Translations under genes and position numbers: made by a program
Part shown: in pieces, positions 42,552 through 52,917 of the stretch
Position numbering within the stretch: the stretch's first letter is position 1
Layout of the letters: the number at the start of each line of letters is the position of its first letter
Notes under the pieces: model-generated
Told to the model about the DNA's origin: nothing
What the model saw: the letters and a program-made list of their open reading frames with translations, nothing else
Databases searched by the model: none
Assembly: GCA_963807635.1 (NCBI GenBank)
Contig: CAWEDJ010000067.1
Span: 32,001-96,000, forward strand
DNA length: 64,000 bases
DNA from: an uncultured cyanobacterium
GTDB taxonomy: Bacteria; Cyanobacteriota; Cyanobacteriia; Cyanobacteriales; Microcystaceae
Reading direction: 5' to 3'

Positions 42552-43088
42552 TTAAACCCCTACCATCTTTTTATTCATTTCTGGTTTCAAGCCATCTGCT
42601 TCGAGAGCTTCTCCCTCAAGAAAAGAACGTAGCATCCAAGCCGTTTCCTCATGTTTTTCCATCAAACCCGTTAGAAAGTCGGCAGTTCCGTCATCTTCAA
42701 AATTTTTGTTGCATTTTTCAACGTGTTTACGGAAATTTCGCACGATCTGTTCATGATCCTCCAGAAGTTGAGATACCATGCCAGTGGCTGTTGGAATATT
42801 ACCCGAATTTTCTTTCAGAGAACAGATTTTTAGAAACCCCTCCATCGTTCCCACGGGATAACCACCCAGCATTCTGACCCTTTCTGCAATAGCATCAACA
42901 TTGATGGTGAGAGCTTCATAATGCGCCTGCCATAGCTTATGCAGGGTCATAAATTGTGGCCCCACCACATCCCAATGACATTTCTTCGTTTTGACTAGCA
43001 AAAGATAGGTATCAGCTAAATCTTGGTTCAGTAAATTAATGACACCTTGACGTTGTTCATCGGTTAGTCCAATATTGATTTTTCGCAT
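42552..43088 (-). CDS. dps: Dps/ferritin-like DNA-protection protein
   Basis: HWDVVGPQF..LH, D.IAERVR.LGG.P, HE..AWMLRS. Confidence 0.93.
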   Translation of the reverse strand: MRKINIGLTDEQRQGVINLLNQDLADTYLLLVKTKKCHWDVVGPQFMTLHKLWQAHYEALTINVDAIAERVRMLGGYPVGTMEGFLKICSLKENSGNIPTATGMVSQLLEDHEQIVRNFRKHVEKCNKNFEDDGTADFLTGLMEKHEETAWMLRSFLEGEALEADGLKPEMNKKMVGV

Positions 43089-43143
43089 AAATGAATCTCC
43101 TTAATTGATGATGATTTGTGTTTTTTTATCGTGTTATTATTTT

Positions 43144-44232
43144 TTAAAAACAAAGCCCTGTAGATTGACAAAGCATATTTTTAATTCCCTCTTCAAAGTT
43201 ATAATCAGATTGATTAGAGTTATCGTTATTGTCGTAGTTATTATTGCGATTCCTCGCTTCAGGACTGTTGGCAATTTCGTTTCTGATATCCTCAAAACTT
43301 CTGCCATTAATAACTTGATTTCGATAACTTTGTAATCCATTATTATCAGCATTTAGACCTAAAAATTCTCGATACAAATTGTTGATAGCTTGATTAAATT
43401 CTTGACTATTAGCTAGGTTACGCCTTGCTTGCTCAAAAGACCAGTTTTGGCTATTATATTTTCTGAAATCATTAGAGTTAGCATTACGTCCTAAAACTTG
43501 AACATAGAGATTGTTGATTTCTCCTTGAAAATTAGTGTTGTTATTAGAGGGGTTATAATTCCCATTGGGGTTATAATTTCCATTGGGGTTATAATTCCCG
43601 TTGGGGTTATAATTTCCATTGGGGTTATAATTCCCGTTGTTAGAAGTTCTATTCCGAGCTTCAGGGCTGTTAGCAATTTCGTTTCTGACATCCTCAAAAC
43701 TTCTACCATTAATAATGATATTCCGATAATTTTGTAACCCATTATTATCAACATTTCGCCCAAGAAATTCTTGGTAAATTTTATTAATGGATTGATTAAA
43801 CTCTTGGCTATTGGCAAGGCTACGACGGACTTCTGCTAGAGAGCGACCCTGATTAACCGCCTGGACATAACTGCTGAGACCATTCGCATCAGCATTGCGC
43901 CCTAGAACCTGAATATAGAGATTATTGATTTCGGTTTGAACGTTGGCATTGTTATTAGACCAGTCTCCATTATTATTGTTAGAACTATACCTAAAGGTGC
44001 CATAGTTAGGGCAAGTAATAACATCACGATCGCGAGAGCAATTAATTCTGATAGGTTTACGATTATTATAGTTTTTGGAACTATACTTAAAACTTCCGTA
44101 CTCAGAACAATTAATAATATTGCGATCGCGTATACAGGTAATCCGTTGGGATTGGGCCAATACGGGGGTCAAACCGATTAAACTAGCGGAGAAAATAGTG
44201 GCTATTGATAGAAGAAATAGCTTCATGCTCAA
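43144..44232 (-). CDS. Secreted Asn-rich repeat protein (four DUF4214-like helical repeats)
   Basis: Signal peptide; 2x C-x8-C motif; 4x IN.LY...LGR..D..G...Y...S....R..ANS.E. Confidence 0.75.
   Translation of the reverse strand: MSMKLFLLSIATIFSASLIGLTPVLAQSQRITCIRDRNIINCSEYGSFKYSSKNYNNRKPIRINCSRDRDVITCPNYGTFRYSSNNNNGDWSNNNANVQTEINNLYIQVLGRNADANGLSSYVQAVNQGRSLAEVRRSLANSQEFNQSINKIYQEFLGRNVDNNGLQNYRNIIINGRSFEDVRNEIANSPEARNRTSNNGNYNPNGNYNPNGNYNPNGNYNPNGNYNPSNNNTNFQGEINNLYVQVLGRNANSNDFRKYNSQNWSFEQARRNLANSQEFNQAINNLYREFLGLNADNNGLQSYRNQVINGRSFEDIRNEIANSPEARNRNNNYDNNDNSNQSDYNFEEGIKNMLCQSTGLCF
43549..43638. repeat. 5 x 18-bp in-frame tandem repeat (NGNYNP)
   Basis: GGGGTTATAATTYCCRTT five times. 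Confidence 0.95.
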
Positions 44233-44344
44233 AACTCCAAAATAATTATTTAATTAGACTTTTTTAGCGATGAAAGTCTCTCATTTAGCCTCAAGCTTAA
44301 GGGTTATACAAAACTCACTTATCAAAACATCCTTAAAGTTTAGT

Positions 44345-44401
44345 AGTAGGGATTTAGGTTCCAAAATCATAGACTAGAAGACTTAGAGACTAAGGCCCTA
44401 C
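44345..44401. repeat. Inverted REP doublet (REPIN-like)
   Basis: GTAGGGATTTAGGTTCCAAAATC ... GACTTAGAGACTAAGGCCCTAC; right half matches 4430-4450 at 19/21. Confidence 0.5.
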
Positions 44402-44454
44402 GGTTTAAAAAGTTTATTGATTGATGACAAATTAACGAGTCCTAGAAATCCGTA

Positions 44455-44919
44455 TTAGGGTTGAACAACCGCTTTTACCACGACGCTACGAACACCTTTA
44501 ATTTCCATTGCTAAGGGTTTAATTTTATTCAGTTGTTCTTGGTTTGATACAACCCCTGATACCGTAACTTCGGAATTTTTGGCCTCAACAGTGAGCTTCC
44601 CACGAGGAATATTCGCTTCTAGCTTACTCCGCACCTCACTAGCTAAATCTCCTTCTGCACGTTTTTGAGTATCTCCGCCCATCTGATTACGTTGTTCCCG
44701 TGCTTGGATATCTGCATTTAACTGTTTGCGGCGCGTTTCACTTTGAGCATCATTTTGGGTTTTGTCACTTTGTTTTTCGGTTGCAACCTGCCCATTGGTA
44801 TTGGTTGAGTTAGGGGCATCGGCGGTTGTTTTTGCTTCCTTACAAGCCGAGATGGTTACTGTTAGTAAAAGACCAAACAGTAGAGGTAGAGTAAAACCTA
44901 TTTTAGTGATCTTATTCAT
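44455..44919 (-). CDS. BON-domain lipoprotein
   Basis: Lipobox ISAC; VRSKL...VTVSG.V...A..IKGV.SV. Confidence 0.85.
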   Translation of the reverse strand: MNKITKIGFTLPLLFGLLLTVTISACKEAKTTADAPNSTNTNGQVATEKQSDKTQNDAQSETRRKQLNADIQAREQRNQMGGDTQKRAEGDLASEVRSKLEANIPRGKLTVEAKNSEVTVSGVVSNQEQLNKIKPLAMEIKGVRSVVVKAVVQP

Positions 44920-44975
44920 ATTGCCATCCTGAACGATATTTAATTGTTATTAGTATCAACTAACTCCTCAATTTT

Positions 44976-45623
44976 CTAGACCCGTATTTGAGGACGAGTC
45001 GTACTGGTGGGAACCGTTGTGACCGTTTCCATTGGACGAATTGTCTGCACTGATTCAGTCGGTAAATCATAGACATACCAATTATCAATGCCGTGTTTGT
45101 TGAGTATGGATTCAGCCAAGGCAATATCGGATTCCGAGCCTTCAACGATGATGAGATAATCCCCGTGAGCAACGCGATCGCTATAGAAATTGGCGCGGTC
45201 TTCGGGAATCCCTAAGCCAATCAGACCCCCCGCCAAACTCCCTGCTAAAGCCCCAATGACCCCGCCAGAGATGGCCGTTGCGATCGCCGTAGCCGTAGCA
45301 CCTGCCAACATGATGGGACCGACACCAGGGATCATAAGCGCACCTAACCCGACTAATAAACCTGCAAAGCCTCCAATAGATGCCCCTGCGATCGCACCAT
45401 CTGCCGCAGTTTCTCCAGATTTATTTTGATGGCTATCCAATTTATCCGTATTGATGACGCGATCACCCACATTCGCTCCTGTAAATTCGGCGTGGCGATG
45501 GATATCCTTTCCTATCACTGAAACCCGATCCATGAAAAAACCATTGCCTTTCAACTCATGCAGGGCGAGTTCTGTTTTCTCGTAACTCGGAAACGAACCG
45601 ACAGCACGTTTTAGTAACATCAT
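44976..45623 (-). CDS. General stress protein with glycine-zipper membrane segment
   Basis: RAVG.F....E.AL.EL...GF....SV; GLLVGLGAL.IPGVGP; GLGIPE.RA..Y. Confidence 0.75.
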   Translation of the reverse strand: MMLLKRAVGSFPSYEKTELALHELKGNGFFMDRVSVIGKDIHRHAEFTGANVGDRVINTDKLDSHQNKSGETAADGAIAGASIGGFAGLLVGLGALMIPGVGPIMLAGATATAIATAISGGVIGALAGSLAGGLIGLGIPEDRANFYSDRVAHGDYLIIVEGSESDIALAESILNKHGIDNWYVYDLPTESVQTIRPMETVTTVPTSTTRPQIRV

Positions 45624-45707
45624 TGCAGTTTCCTCAAAATTATTATGTAAATTTTTTCTTAATGCTCTATGGAAGGTCTAGACCCCCCAGGAGCCTTATC
45701 TCAATAG

Positions 45708-46043
45708 CTATTCTGCTTTTGGTTTATTTTGTTTTTGGGTTGACAAATCTCCGGGCTCCTCATAATACATTTCTGGTTCCATACCAAAGTTATCCACTAA
45801 ACCTTCTTTATCAACTCTGTAACCACTGGTTGTATCCATACTTTCAGAGCCAGGGGGATGTTCTGTTAAATGCTTAAAATGATCTCCTTCATGCTCTTTT
45901 CTTGCTGCTACTTCTGCGGGAATAATATGGGGATCGTAGCTGTCGGGAGTATGGGAATCGTACAATTCAGTTCCATCATGGACTGGTGGAGTATGGGAAT
46001 CCTCTTTTTTAGAAGATTTTGTTTGAGCGGATTTAATACTCAT
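45708..46043 (-). CDS. Hydrophilic hypothetical protein
   Basis: GAGG RBS; IIPAE.AAR...TT.GY.VD.EGL..NF..EPEMY. Confidence 0.7.
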   Translation of the reverse strand: MSIKSAQTKSSKKEDSHTPPVHDGTELYDSHTPDSYDPHIIPAEVAARKEHEGDHFKHLTEHPPGSESMDTTSGYRVDKEGLVDNFGMEPEMYYEEPGDLSTQKQNKPKAE

Positions 46044-46206
46044 GGTCTTTGCCTCTTAATAATTTGTTCGTTGTGGGAAGTTTATCTTTATGATCAATAC
46101 CCACAAGCCGATGAATTTAATAGGTTCTCTTAAAGGCAGATTTTTAGTTTACAGAAGAAAATAGGGCGATCAAAAAATCTCTTTTTAAGATCGCCGCGAA
46201 AAACGC

Positions 46207-46389
46207 TTAGTCAACTGCTTTTTTGACTTCATCCTTTACATCTTCGACAGTATGGCGGACTTTTGCCTCTGCTTGTTTTGCCTTTCCTGCTGCCTGATCT
46301 TTAGGATCACCCGTGACATTACCAACGGTTTCTTGAAGCTTACCTTCAATATTTTTGGCAGTTGCTTTGGCTTTATCTTTTAAACTCAT
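46207..46389 (-). CDS. csbD: CsbD-family protein
   Basis: MSLKDKAKATAKNIEGKLQE.VG.VTGD.KDQ..GKAKQ. Confidence 0.9.
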   Translation of the reverse strand: MSLKDKAKATAKNIEGKLQETVGNVTGDPKDQAAGKAKQAEAKVRHTVEDVKDEVKKAVD

Positions 46390-46654
46390 GATATACTCCT
46401 GATTAGATTTTAGCTTTAATTTGATAATGATTTAAAGGTAACGTTGCTGATCTGAGCCGATTCAACAACCCTATGTCTGTACTGTAGTAGGTCGTTGTTC
46501 TAGTTCGTGTATTAGTTAATTCAATCTGAGCGAGTTGATTGAATACTTTGCAAAACTTAATAATCTTAAGGGTGCGATCGCGCCAATCAAGAAACCCTAA
46601 AAAGCAGAATAGACACTTTGTTCAGACAAAAAACAGGTGAACTCGGTAGGGTAG

Positions 46655-47665
<1,011 letters not shown>

Positions 47666-47847
47666 ATGTCATCTTCCTTTTGAGATAGTTTTTAATGTTT
47701 ATTCAAAGTTTCTTTGGATAACGCGAGTTTTTTCCCTCCCCTCTCTAGGGGATTTTTTTTCGGAATATTGGTCTCAAGAATGACTTCTTTTTATCAGAGT
47801 CAATGGGATTTATAAACCTTAAAAAGAGTATTCTAAACAGGGCTTTC

Positions 47848-47898
47848 TGTGGAAAACTTGGCAACAAACTGTGGAAAACCGATTCAGTCTGTGGAAAA
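47848..47898 (-). promoter_or_regulatory. Cluster of three DnaA boxes (TTTTCCACA)
   Basis: TGTGGAAAA at 47848, 47870 and 47890, same orientation; 1-mismatch TTTGGATAA at 47713. Confidence 0.7.
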
Positions 47899-48033
47899 AA
47901 GCAGTGTTGACGCTCCTTTTTTATCCATCAACTCTCCATCAACTAGCAGGGGGAAAGAAAGGGTTAAGATAGAAAAGGTGTTTGATTCCTATCCCACTGA
48001 TATCCCATTATTTCTAATTTTATTCTTTTTTTT

Positions 48034-48375
48034 ATGCCCTCTTTGACCCTTAATCTTTTGCAAGGTTCTATTTCTTTTAGTTTTACTCCCGAAGCGGCCC
48101 GCAATTTAAAAGCCGAAATCGATCAACTCATGCAAAGTCTCAAAGCGATCGCCTCCCATGCGGGCAGTGGCCGACCGACTCCCCAGAAATCAATGGAATA
48201 TCGCTACACAGGAGATATTTTTCTAGAAGTTTTTTGTAATCCGAATATTTATCCCAGTCCTTTCGCGGCCAAAGTTTTGCTAACCGTGCGTGACGATCGC
48301 CTTCGTCTGACCACAGAAGCAGAATTAACTCGTTTACTCGAAGATATAGGACAATATTTGGAACAACATGGTTAA
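48034..48375 (+). CDS. Conserved-looking hypothetical protein
   Basis: 113-aa ATG ORF, co-oriented 14 bp before the next gene; FLEVFCNPNIYP.PFAAKVL. Confidence 0.75.
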   Translation: MPSLTLNLLQGSISFSFTPEAARNLKAEIDQLMQSLKAIASHAGSGRPTPQKSMEYRYTGDIFLEVFCNPNIYPSPFAAKVLLTVRDDRLRLTTEAELTRLLEDIGQYLEQHG

Positions 48376-48389
48376 GTTTAAAAAATGCA

Positions 48390-48830
48390 ATGAAAAAGGC
48401 TCCCTTGCCGATTATTGGTTGGCGAGAATGGATTGATTTTCCTGAATTGAATATTTTTCGGACTAAGGCCAAAATCGATACAGGAGCGCGGTCTTCTTCT
48501 TTGCACGCCTTTGATATTCATCCTTTTCAACAAGAGGGAAAGGAATTTATTCAATTTCGAGTCCACCCCTATCAACGCAACAGTCGGATCACGGTGCAAG
48601 CTGAAGCCAAAATCTTAGACTGGCGGCACGTCACTAGTTCGGGCGGTCATAGTCAATTGCGTCCCGTGATTGTGACTCCCATTGTTCTGGATGGTCAAAC
48701 CTGGTCAATTGAGCTAACCTTAACCAACCGCGATGTGATGGGATTTCGCCTTTTATTGGGTCGAGAAGCCCTGCGGAAACGTTTTTTAGTCAATCCTGGG
48801 CGGTCTTTTTTACTCAGCGATAAAGTTTAA
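48390..48830 (+). CDS. RimK-associated putative protease (retropepsin-like fold)
   Basis: IGWREW, AKIDTGARSSSLHA, LT.R..M.F.LLLGR. Confidence 0.85.
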   Translation: MKKAPLPIIGWREWIDFPELNIFRTKAKIDTGARSSSLHAFDIHPFQQEGKEFIQFRVHPYQRNSRITVQAEAKILDWRHVTSSGGHSQLRPVIVTPIVLDGQTWSIELTLTNRDVMGFRLLLGREALRKRFLVNPGRSFLLSDKV

Positions 48831-48837
48831 GTAATAA

Positions 48838-49425
48838 TTAATCAAACCAACCAATCACTTCGTCCGATAAAGTTACAGGAGGTTGGGCGGGGGCGACATA
48901 ACGACCAATACGCCGAGTAGGGACGATCGCAGAAGGTGCAGGTTTAACCGCTAATTGAGCAGATTTTGGAATTTCAAGAAGTTTTTGTTCGGCTTGTTGT
49001 AATTCTTCATAAAGCTTAGTCACTAAGACTTTTTGTTCCCCAAGTTCCTGTTCTAAACCTTTGATTTGATCAGACATAGTTTTAGCGTTTTCCTTCTCAG
49101 TCTCCAAAGATTTTTGAATAGTATTCGCTTTTTTTAAATCCGCCGTCAATTTTTTCACTAACTCCTTTTGTTCTTCTAATAGAGTTTTTAATTGATTTGC
49201 TTTTTCTAATTCACTTTGTAGGGTTTTATTTTGCTTTTTTTCAGTGGCCAACTTTGCGGTTAACAAACTCACTTTTTCATTAGCAGACGCGATCGCCTTT
49301 TCCCAGTCCATTGATATTTCTTTTTTTTCAACAGGTGGAGTTTCTACAACAGGAGAATTAGATTCCGTTGAATCTTGAGGTTTCATTTCTTCACGTAGAA
49401 CATCGGATAAACTTTTTTTAACCAT
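48838..49425 (-). CDS. mcdB: Coiled-coil ParA partner, probable carboxysome-positioning McdB
   Basis: Charged N-terminus, long coiled coil, terminal IGWFD; directly downstream of a short ParA. Confidence 0.65.
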   Translation of the reverse strand: MVKKSLSDVLREEMKPQDSTESNSPVVETPPVEKKEISMDWEKAIASANEKVSLLTAKLATEKKQNKTLQSELEKANQLKTLLEEQKELVKKLTADLKKANTIQKSLETEKENAKTMSDQIKGLEQELGEQKVLVTKLYEELQQAEQKLLEIPKSAQLAVKPAPSAIVPTRRIGRYVAPAQPPVTLSDEVIGWFD

Positions 49426-49479
49426 ATTATTTATTGAGAGAGTTTATTTGAAACCTTATAAACGAGAGCAAACTTAACG

Positions 49480-50160
49480 TTAACCTAATTCTCGTAACAA
49501 TTCTTCCGCCACCCGACGATAATCCGACTGGGCTTCCCTTGAATTTTTTCCCTTCCAATCGGTGATTGCAACCCCTTCTAAGACTGATCGCTCATGGGCT
49601 TTATAGTTGCGAACAAAGGCATTACAAGCAGGTATCCCCAACTCAAGTAACGTATTTTGAGCCTCTAGGGTTTCTTTCAAACTGCGAGAATCCACTTTAG
49701 TTAACAAAACTCGATGGGCAACCTTTAAGGGTCTGACGGCGGTTCTCACCGTTTCAATCAGAGCCGTTAAATCCATCGGAGCAGGCGGCGTGGGCAACAC
49801 CAAATAATCCGCTAGGTTGATAACCGCTTTCAATGCCTCAGAACGGAGGGCGGGGGGCGTATCCACCACAATTAATTGATAATTCGGCGTTTGATGCAGA
49901 TTTTTGAGAACCGTTGCATTACTTTCCGTGCTTAAATCAAAAGCCATTCCCTCTTCGCTGCGTTCTACCCACCAGGTCGCCGAACCTTGGGGATCAGCGT
50001 CCACCAAGAGAACGTCATGATTTTCTGCCAGAATTGCCGCTAAATTGATGGCCGTAGTCGTTTTCCCAACCCCACCTTTGCCATTGACAACAGCGAGGAT
50101 TTTCGGGGGTGAGACGGTATGAGTTGCAGTCCGTTTCCCATTTTTCATGCCCTTCACCAT
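49480..50160 (-). CDS. mcdA: ParA-family ATPase, probable McdA
   Basis: [20 protein letters not shown]; no parB adjacent. Confidence 0.7.
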   Translation of the reverse strand: MVKGMKNGKRTATHTVSPPKILAVVNGKGGVGKTTTAINLAAILAENHDVLLVDADPQGSATWWVERSEEGMAFDLSTESNATVLKNLHQTPNYQLIVVDTPPALRSEALKAVINLADYLVLPTPPAPMDLTALIETVRTAVRPLKVAHRVLLTKVDSRSLKETLEAQNTLLELGIPACNAFVRNYKAHERSVLEGVAITDWKGKNSREAQSDYRRVAEELLRELG

Positions 50161-50181
50161 ACCATGATTTATGACTTAATT

Positions 50182-51096
50182 TTATGAAGTAATTCGCGCT
50201 CCTTGGGAATCAATTTGCAAGGCCGAGACGATCGCGTTGATACCTTCCTTTTGCCAAGTGGTTGCGATCGCATTTTGTACGCTTAAACTTTGCTCAGGAT
50301 GAGTAATGGCGAGAACCGTAGGGCCAGCACCGCTAATCACTAGATTATAGGCTCCTGCGGCGATCGCGGCGATTTTAACCGATTCGTAGCCCTTAATTAA
50401 ACTCTGACGATAGGGTTGATGAATTTTATCTTCCATTGCAATGCGTACCAAGTCTCCCTGTCCGCTTTCAATCGCTTTTACCAATAGGGCAATATGGGCC
50501 ACATTAAAAATCGCATCGGCACGGGAATAATGCTGGGGCAACACAGAACGGGCCATTTCAGTGGAAAGTTCAAAATCGGGAATTGCTACAACGGGAACCA
50601 ATTCGGGATGCCAGTTTAGGGGAGTAATTTGCCATTTTTCATCATCTTTAACCGAAAGCTGACAATTTCCCAAAAGAGCAGGAGCCACATTATCAGGATG
50701 TCCCTCGATCGCGATCGCTAAATCTAAAATTTCCGATAGAGACAACGGTTTATCCGCCAATAAATTTGCACCCATTAACCCCCCAACAATGGCTGTTGCC
50801 GAACTACCTAAACCCCGCGCTAGGGGAACCCCTAACTGGATTTCCATTTTTGTTTTTGGCGGTGTTTGTCCCAAATGTTGATAAAACTTGAGAAAAGATT
50901 GATACAGTAAATTAGTCTCGTCCCGACTGACGCGATCGGCTTCTGTCCCCGTCACGGTCATTAAAAAATCAGGCTCCGAATCTGGCAAAATGCTAAAGGT
51001 GAAGTGGTTATACAGATTCAAAGCCGCCCCCAGGCAGTCAAAACCAGGGCCAAGATTAGCGGTCGTCGCAGGTACAGCAATAGTAAAAGGGGACAT
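50182..51096 (-). CDS. thrB: Homoserine kinase
   Basis: VPATTANLGPGFD, PLARGLGSSA, EGHPDN, ISGAGPT. Confidence 0.96.
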   Translation of the reverse strand: MSPFTIAVPATTANLGPGFDCLGAALNLYNHFTFSILPDSEPDFLMTVTGTEADRVSRDETNLLYQSFLKFYQHLGQTPPKTKMEIQLGVPLARGLGSSATAIVGGLMGANLLADKPLSLSEILDLAIAIEGHPDNVAPALLGNCQLSVKDDEKWQITPLNWHPELVPVVAIPDFELSTEMARSVLPQHYSRADAIFNVAHIALLVKAIESGQGDLVRIAMEDKIHQPYRQSLIKGYESVKIAAIAAGAYNLVISGAGPTVLAITHPEQSLSVQNAIATTWQKEGINAIVSALQIDSQGARITS

Positions 51097-51192
51097 AATT
51101 TTCGGATAGGAAAAAATGGGTAGATCAACCTTATTTTCATTTTCTAATAATCTGTGACGCTAGACAATTAAATTTTATAAAAAGATTGATTT

Positions 51193-52353
51193 ATGTTTAA
51201 AATTTGCCTAGATGCCACACCGATTAGAGAAAAACCCAGTGGGGTCGGTGTTTATACTTTTAATTTGATTAAAGCTCTGGATCAATTACAAGCATCGGAA
51301 GATTTTAAATTAGATATTTATTTCCAGCCGACTTTTAAAAATTGGTTATCCAGAAATTTCTCTCCGAATGAATTAATTGAATCCTATTCCCCCCATTGTT
51401 TACCGATTCCCGTGACGGTAACGAATGCTTTAATGAAGTTTCCCAATCCTTTACTGGCTTATTTTTCGCGATCGCTGGATCGACCTGATGTCGTTCATGG
51501 AACGGATCATTTTGTCTATCCTAATCCAACAAGTCGTAATATTATGACGATTCACGATTTAACGTTTGTTAAATATCTAGACTATGTGCCAACAATTGTT
51601 AAAACTTATTTAGACCGTATTAAAAACTGTTTAAAATTTACAGATGCTATTATTACTTTTTCAGAAAATACTAAGCGCGATTTAGTAGAATTATTAAAAA
51701 TTGATCCTGATAAAATTTATGTGACTTATCAAGCCAGTCGTTATCACACCGATTATTTAACCAAGCAACAAATAGAAGAGCTTAAAGTTAGTTTTTCCTA
51801 CGATTTTAATAAACCTTATTTTCTGTTTGTCAGCACCCTAGAACCCCGAAAAAATGTCATTGGTTTAATTCAAGCTTTTAATTATTTAAAACAAAAGTAT
51901 AAAATTGAACATCAATTAGTTTTGATCGGTCAAACGGGCTGGAAATATCAACCTATTTTAGACACGATTAATCAATCTCCCTATCGCGTTGAGATTCATC
52001 ATTTGAATTATTTAACTGATGATTTAGTTGCTCTTTTTTATAGTCAAGCAGAGGCTTTTATTTACCCATCTTTTTATGAAGGGTTTGGGCTGCCTGTTCT
52101 GGAAGCGATGACTCTCGGCGCACCTGTGATTACGTCTAATGGTTCTTCTTTACCTGAAATAACAGGTGATTCAGCTTTATTGATTAATCCTAATGATTCG
52201 ATGGAATTAGCTGATGCAATGTTGAATATTGTACGCGATCGCGTTTTGAGAAATAATTTAATTTTTAATGGAAAAGAACAAGCGAGTAAATTTTCTTGGG
52301 AAAAAACGGCTCAAGCAACTTTAAATGTTTATCGTTCACGTCTCAATCAATAA
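51193..52353 (+). CDS. GT4-family glycosyltransferase
   Basis: TIHDL, TLEPRKN, EGFGLPVLEAM. Confidence 0.92.
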   Translation: MFKICLDATPIREKPSGVGVYTFNLIKALDQLQASEDFKLDIYFQPTFKNWLSRNFSPNELIESYSPHCLPIPVTVTNALMKFPNPLLAYFSRSLDRPDVVHGTDHFVYPNPTSRNIMTIHDLTFVKYLDYVPTIVKTYLDRIKNCLKFTDAIITFSENTKRDLVELLKIDPDKIYVTYQASRYHTDYLTKQQIEELKVSFSYDFNKPYFLFVSTLEPRKNVIGLIQAFNYLKQKYKIEHQLVLIGQTGWKYQPILDTINQSPYRVEIHHLNYLTDDLVALFYSQAEAFIYPSFYEGFGLPVLEAMTLGAPVITSNGSSLPEITGDSALLINPNDSMELADAMLNIVRDRVLRNNLIFNGKEQASKFSWEKTAQATLNVYRSRLNQ

Positions 52354-52408
52354 AAATCCCGAAGGCATCCTATAATAAATTAATAGCATTTTCAATATTT
52401 TTACCAGT

Positions 52409-52657
52409 ATGGAAACTATCATCATCGATCAGCCAACTTTTGACCTTGCTCAACTCATTGCTAAAATCAATGAAAAACAACAGCCTATTCTCATTCAAGA
52501 AACAACAGGTAATGCTGTTTTAATTTCTGAACAAGAATGGAACGAAATCCAAGAAACGCTCTATCTTCAATCTATTCCTGGTATGGTCGAATCAATTCAT
52601 GAATCAGCCGCAACGAGCATAGAAGACTGTATTGATGTTAAGGATATTGATTGGTAA
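52409..52657 (+). CDS. yefM: Phd/YefM antitoxin
   Basis: GNAVLISEQEWNEIQETLYLQSIPGM. Confidence 0.88.
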   Translation: METIIIDQPTFDLAQLIAKINEKQQPILIQETTGNAVLISEQEWNEIQETLYLQSIPGMVESIHESAATSIEDCIDVKDIDW

Positions 52658-52917
52658 TGTGGAACGTGATTTTGACAAAGCAAGCCAATAAAGATGCTAA
52701 AAAGTTAACAGCCGCAGGATTAAAATCCCAAACGCAATCACTACTGATGATTCTAGCAGACAATCCCTATCAAGCTTATCCTCCTTATGAAAAGTTAAGA
52801 GGTGACTTATCGGGTTACTATTCCAGACGAATTAACATTCAACATCGCCTAATTTATCAGATTTTAGTAGCAGAAAAAACAGTTAAAGTATTACGAATGT
52901 GGAGTCATTATGAATGA
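52657..52917 (+). CDS. yoeB: Txe/YoeB toxin
   Basis: PPYEKL.GDL.G.YSRRINIQHRL.Y...MW.HYE. Confidence 0.92.
   Translation: MWNVILTKQANKDAKKLTAAGLKSQTQSLLMILADNPYQAYPPYEKLRGDLSGYYSRRINIQHRLIYQILVAEKTVKVLRMWSHYE

Noticed and set aside
43549..43638. Regular repeats resembling a CRISPR array
   Set aside because: Head-to-tail 18-mers with no spacers, in frame within a CDS; no cas genes in the window
43491..43817. Alternative-frame and antisense ORFs with IITP/VIIP repeats
   Set aside because: By-products of the 18-bp tandem repeat
47848..47898. Three spaced direct repeats as a mini-CRISPR
   Set aside because: Repeat is only about 10 bp with 10-12 bp gaps and matches the DnaA box
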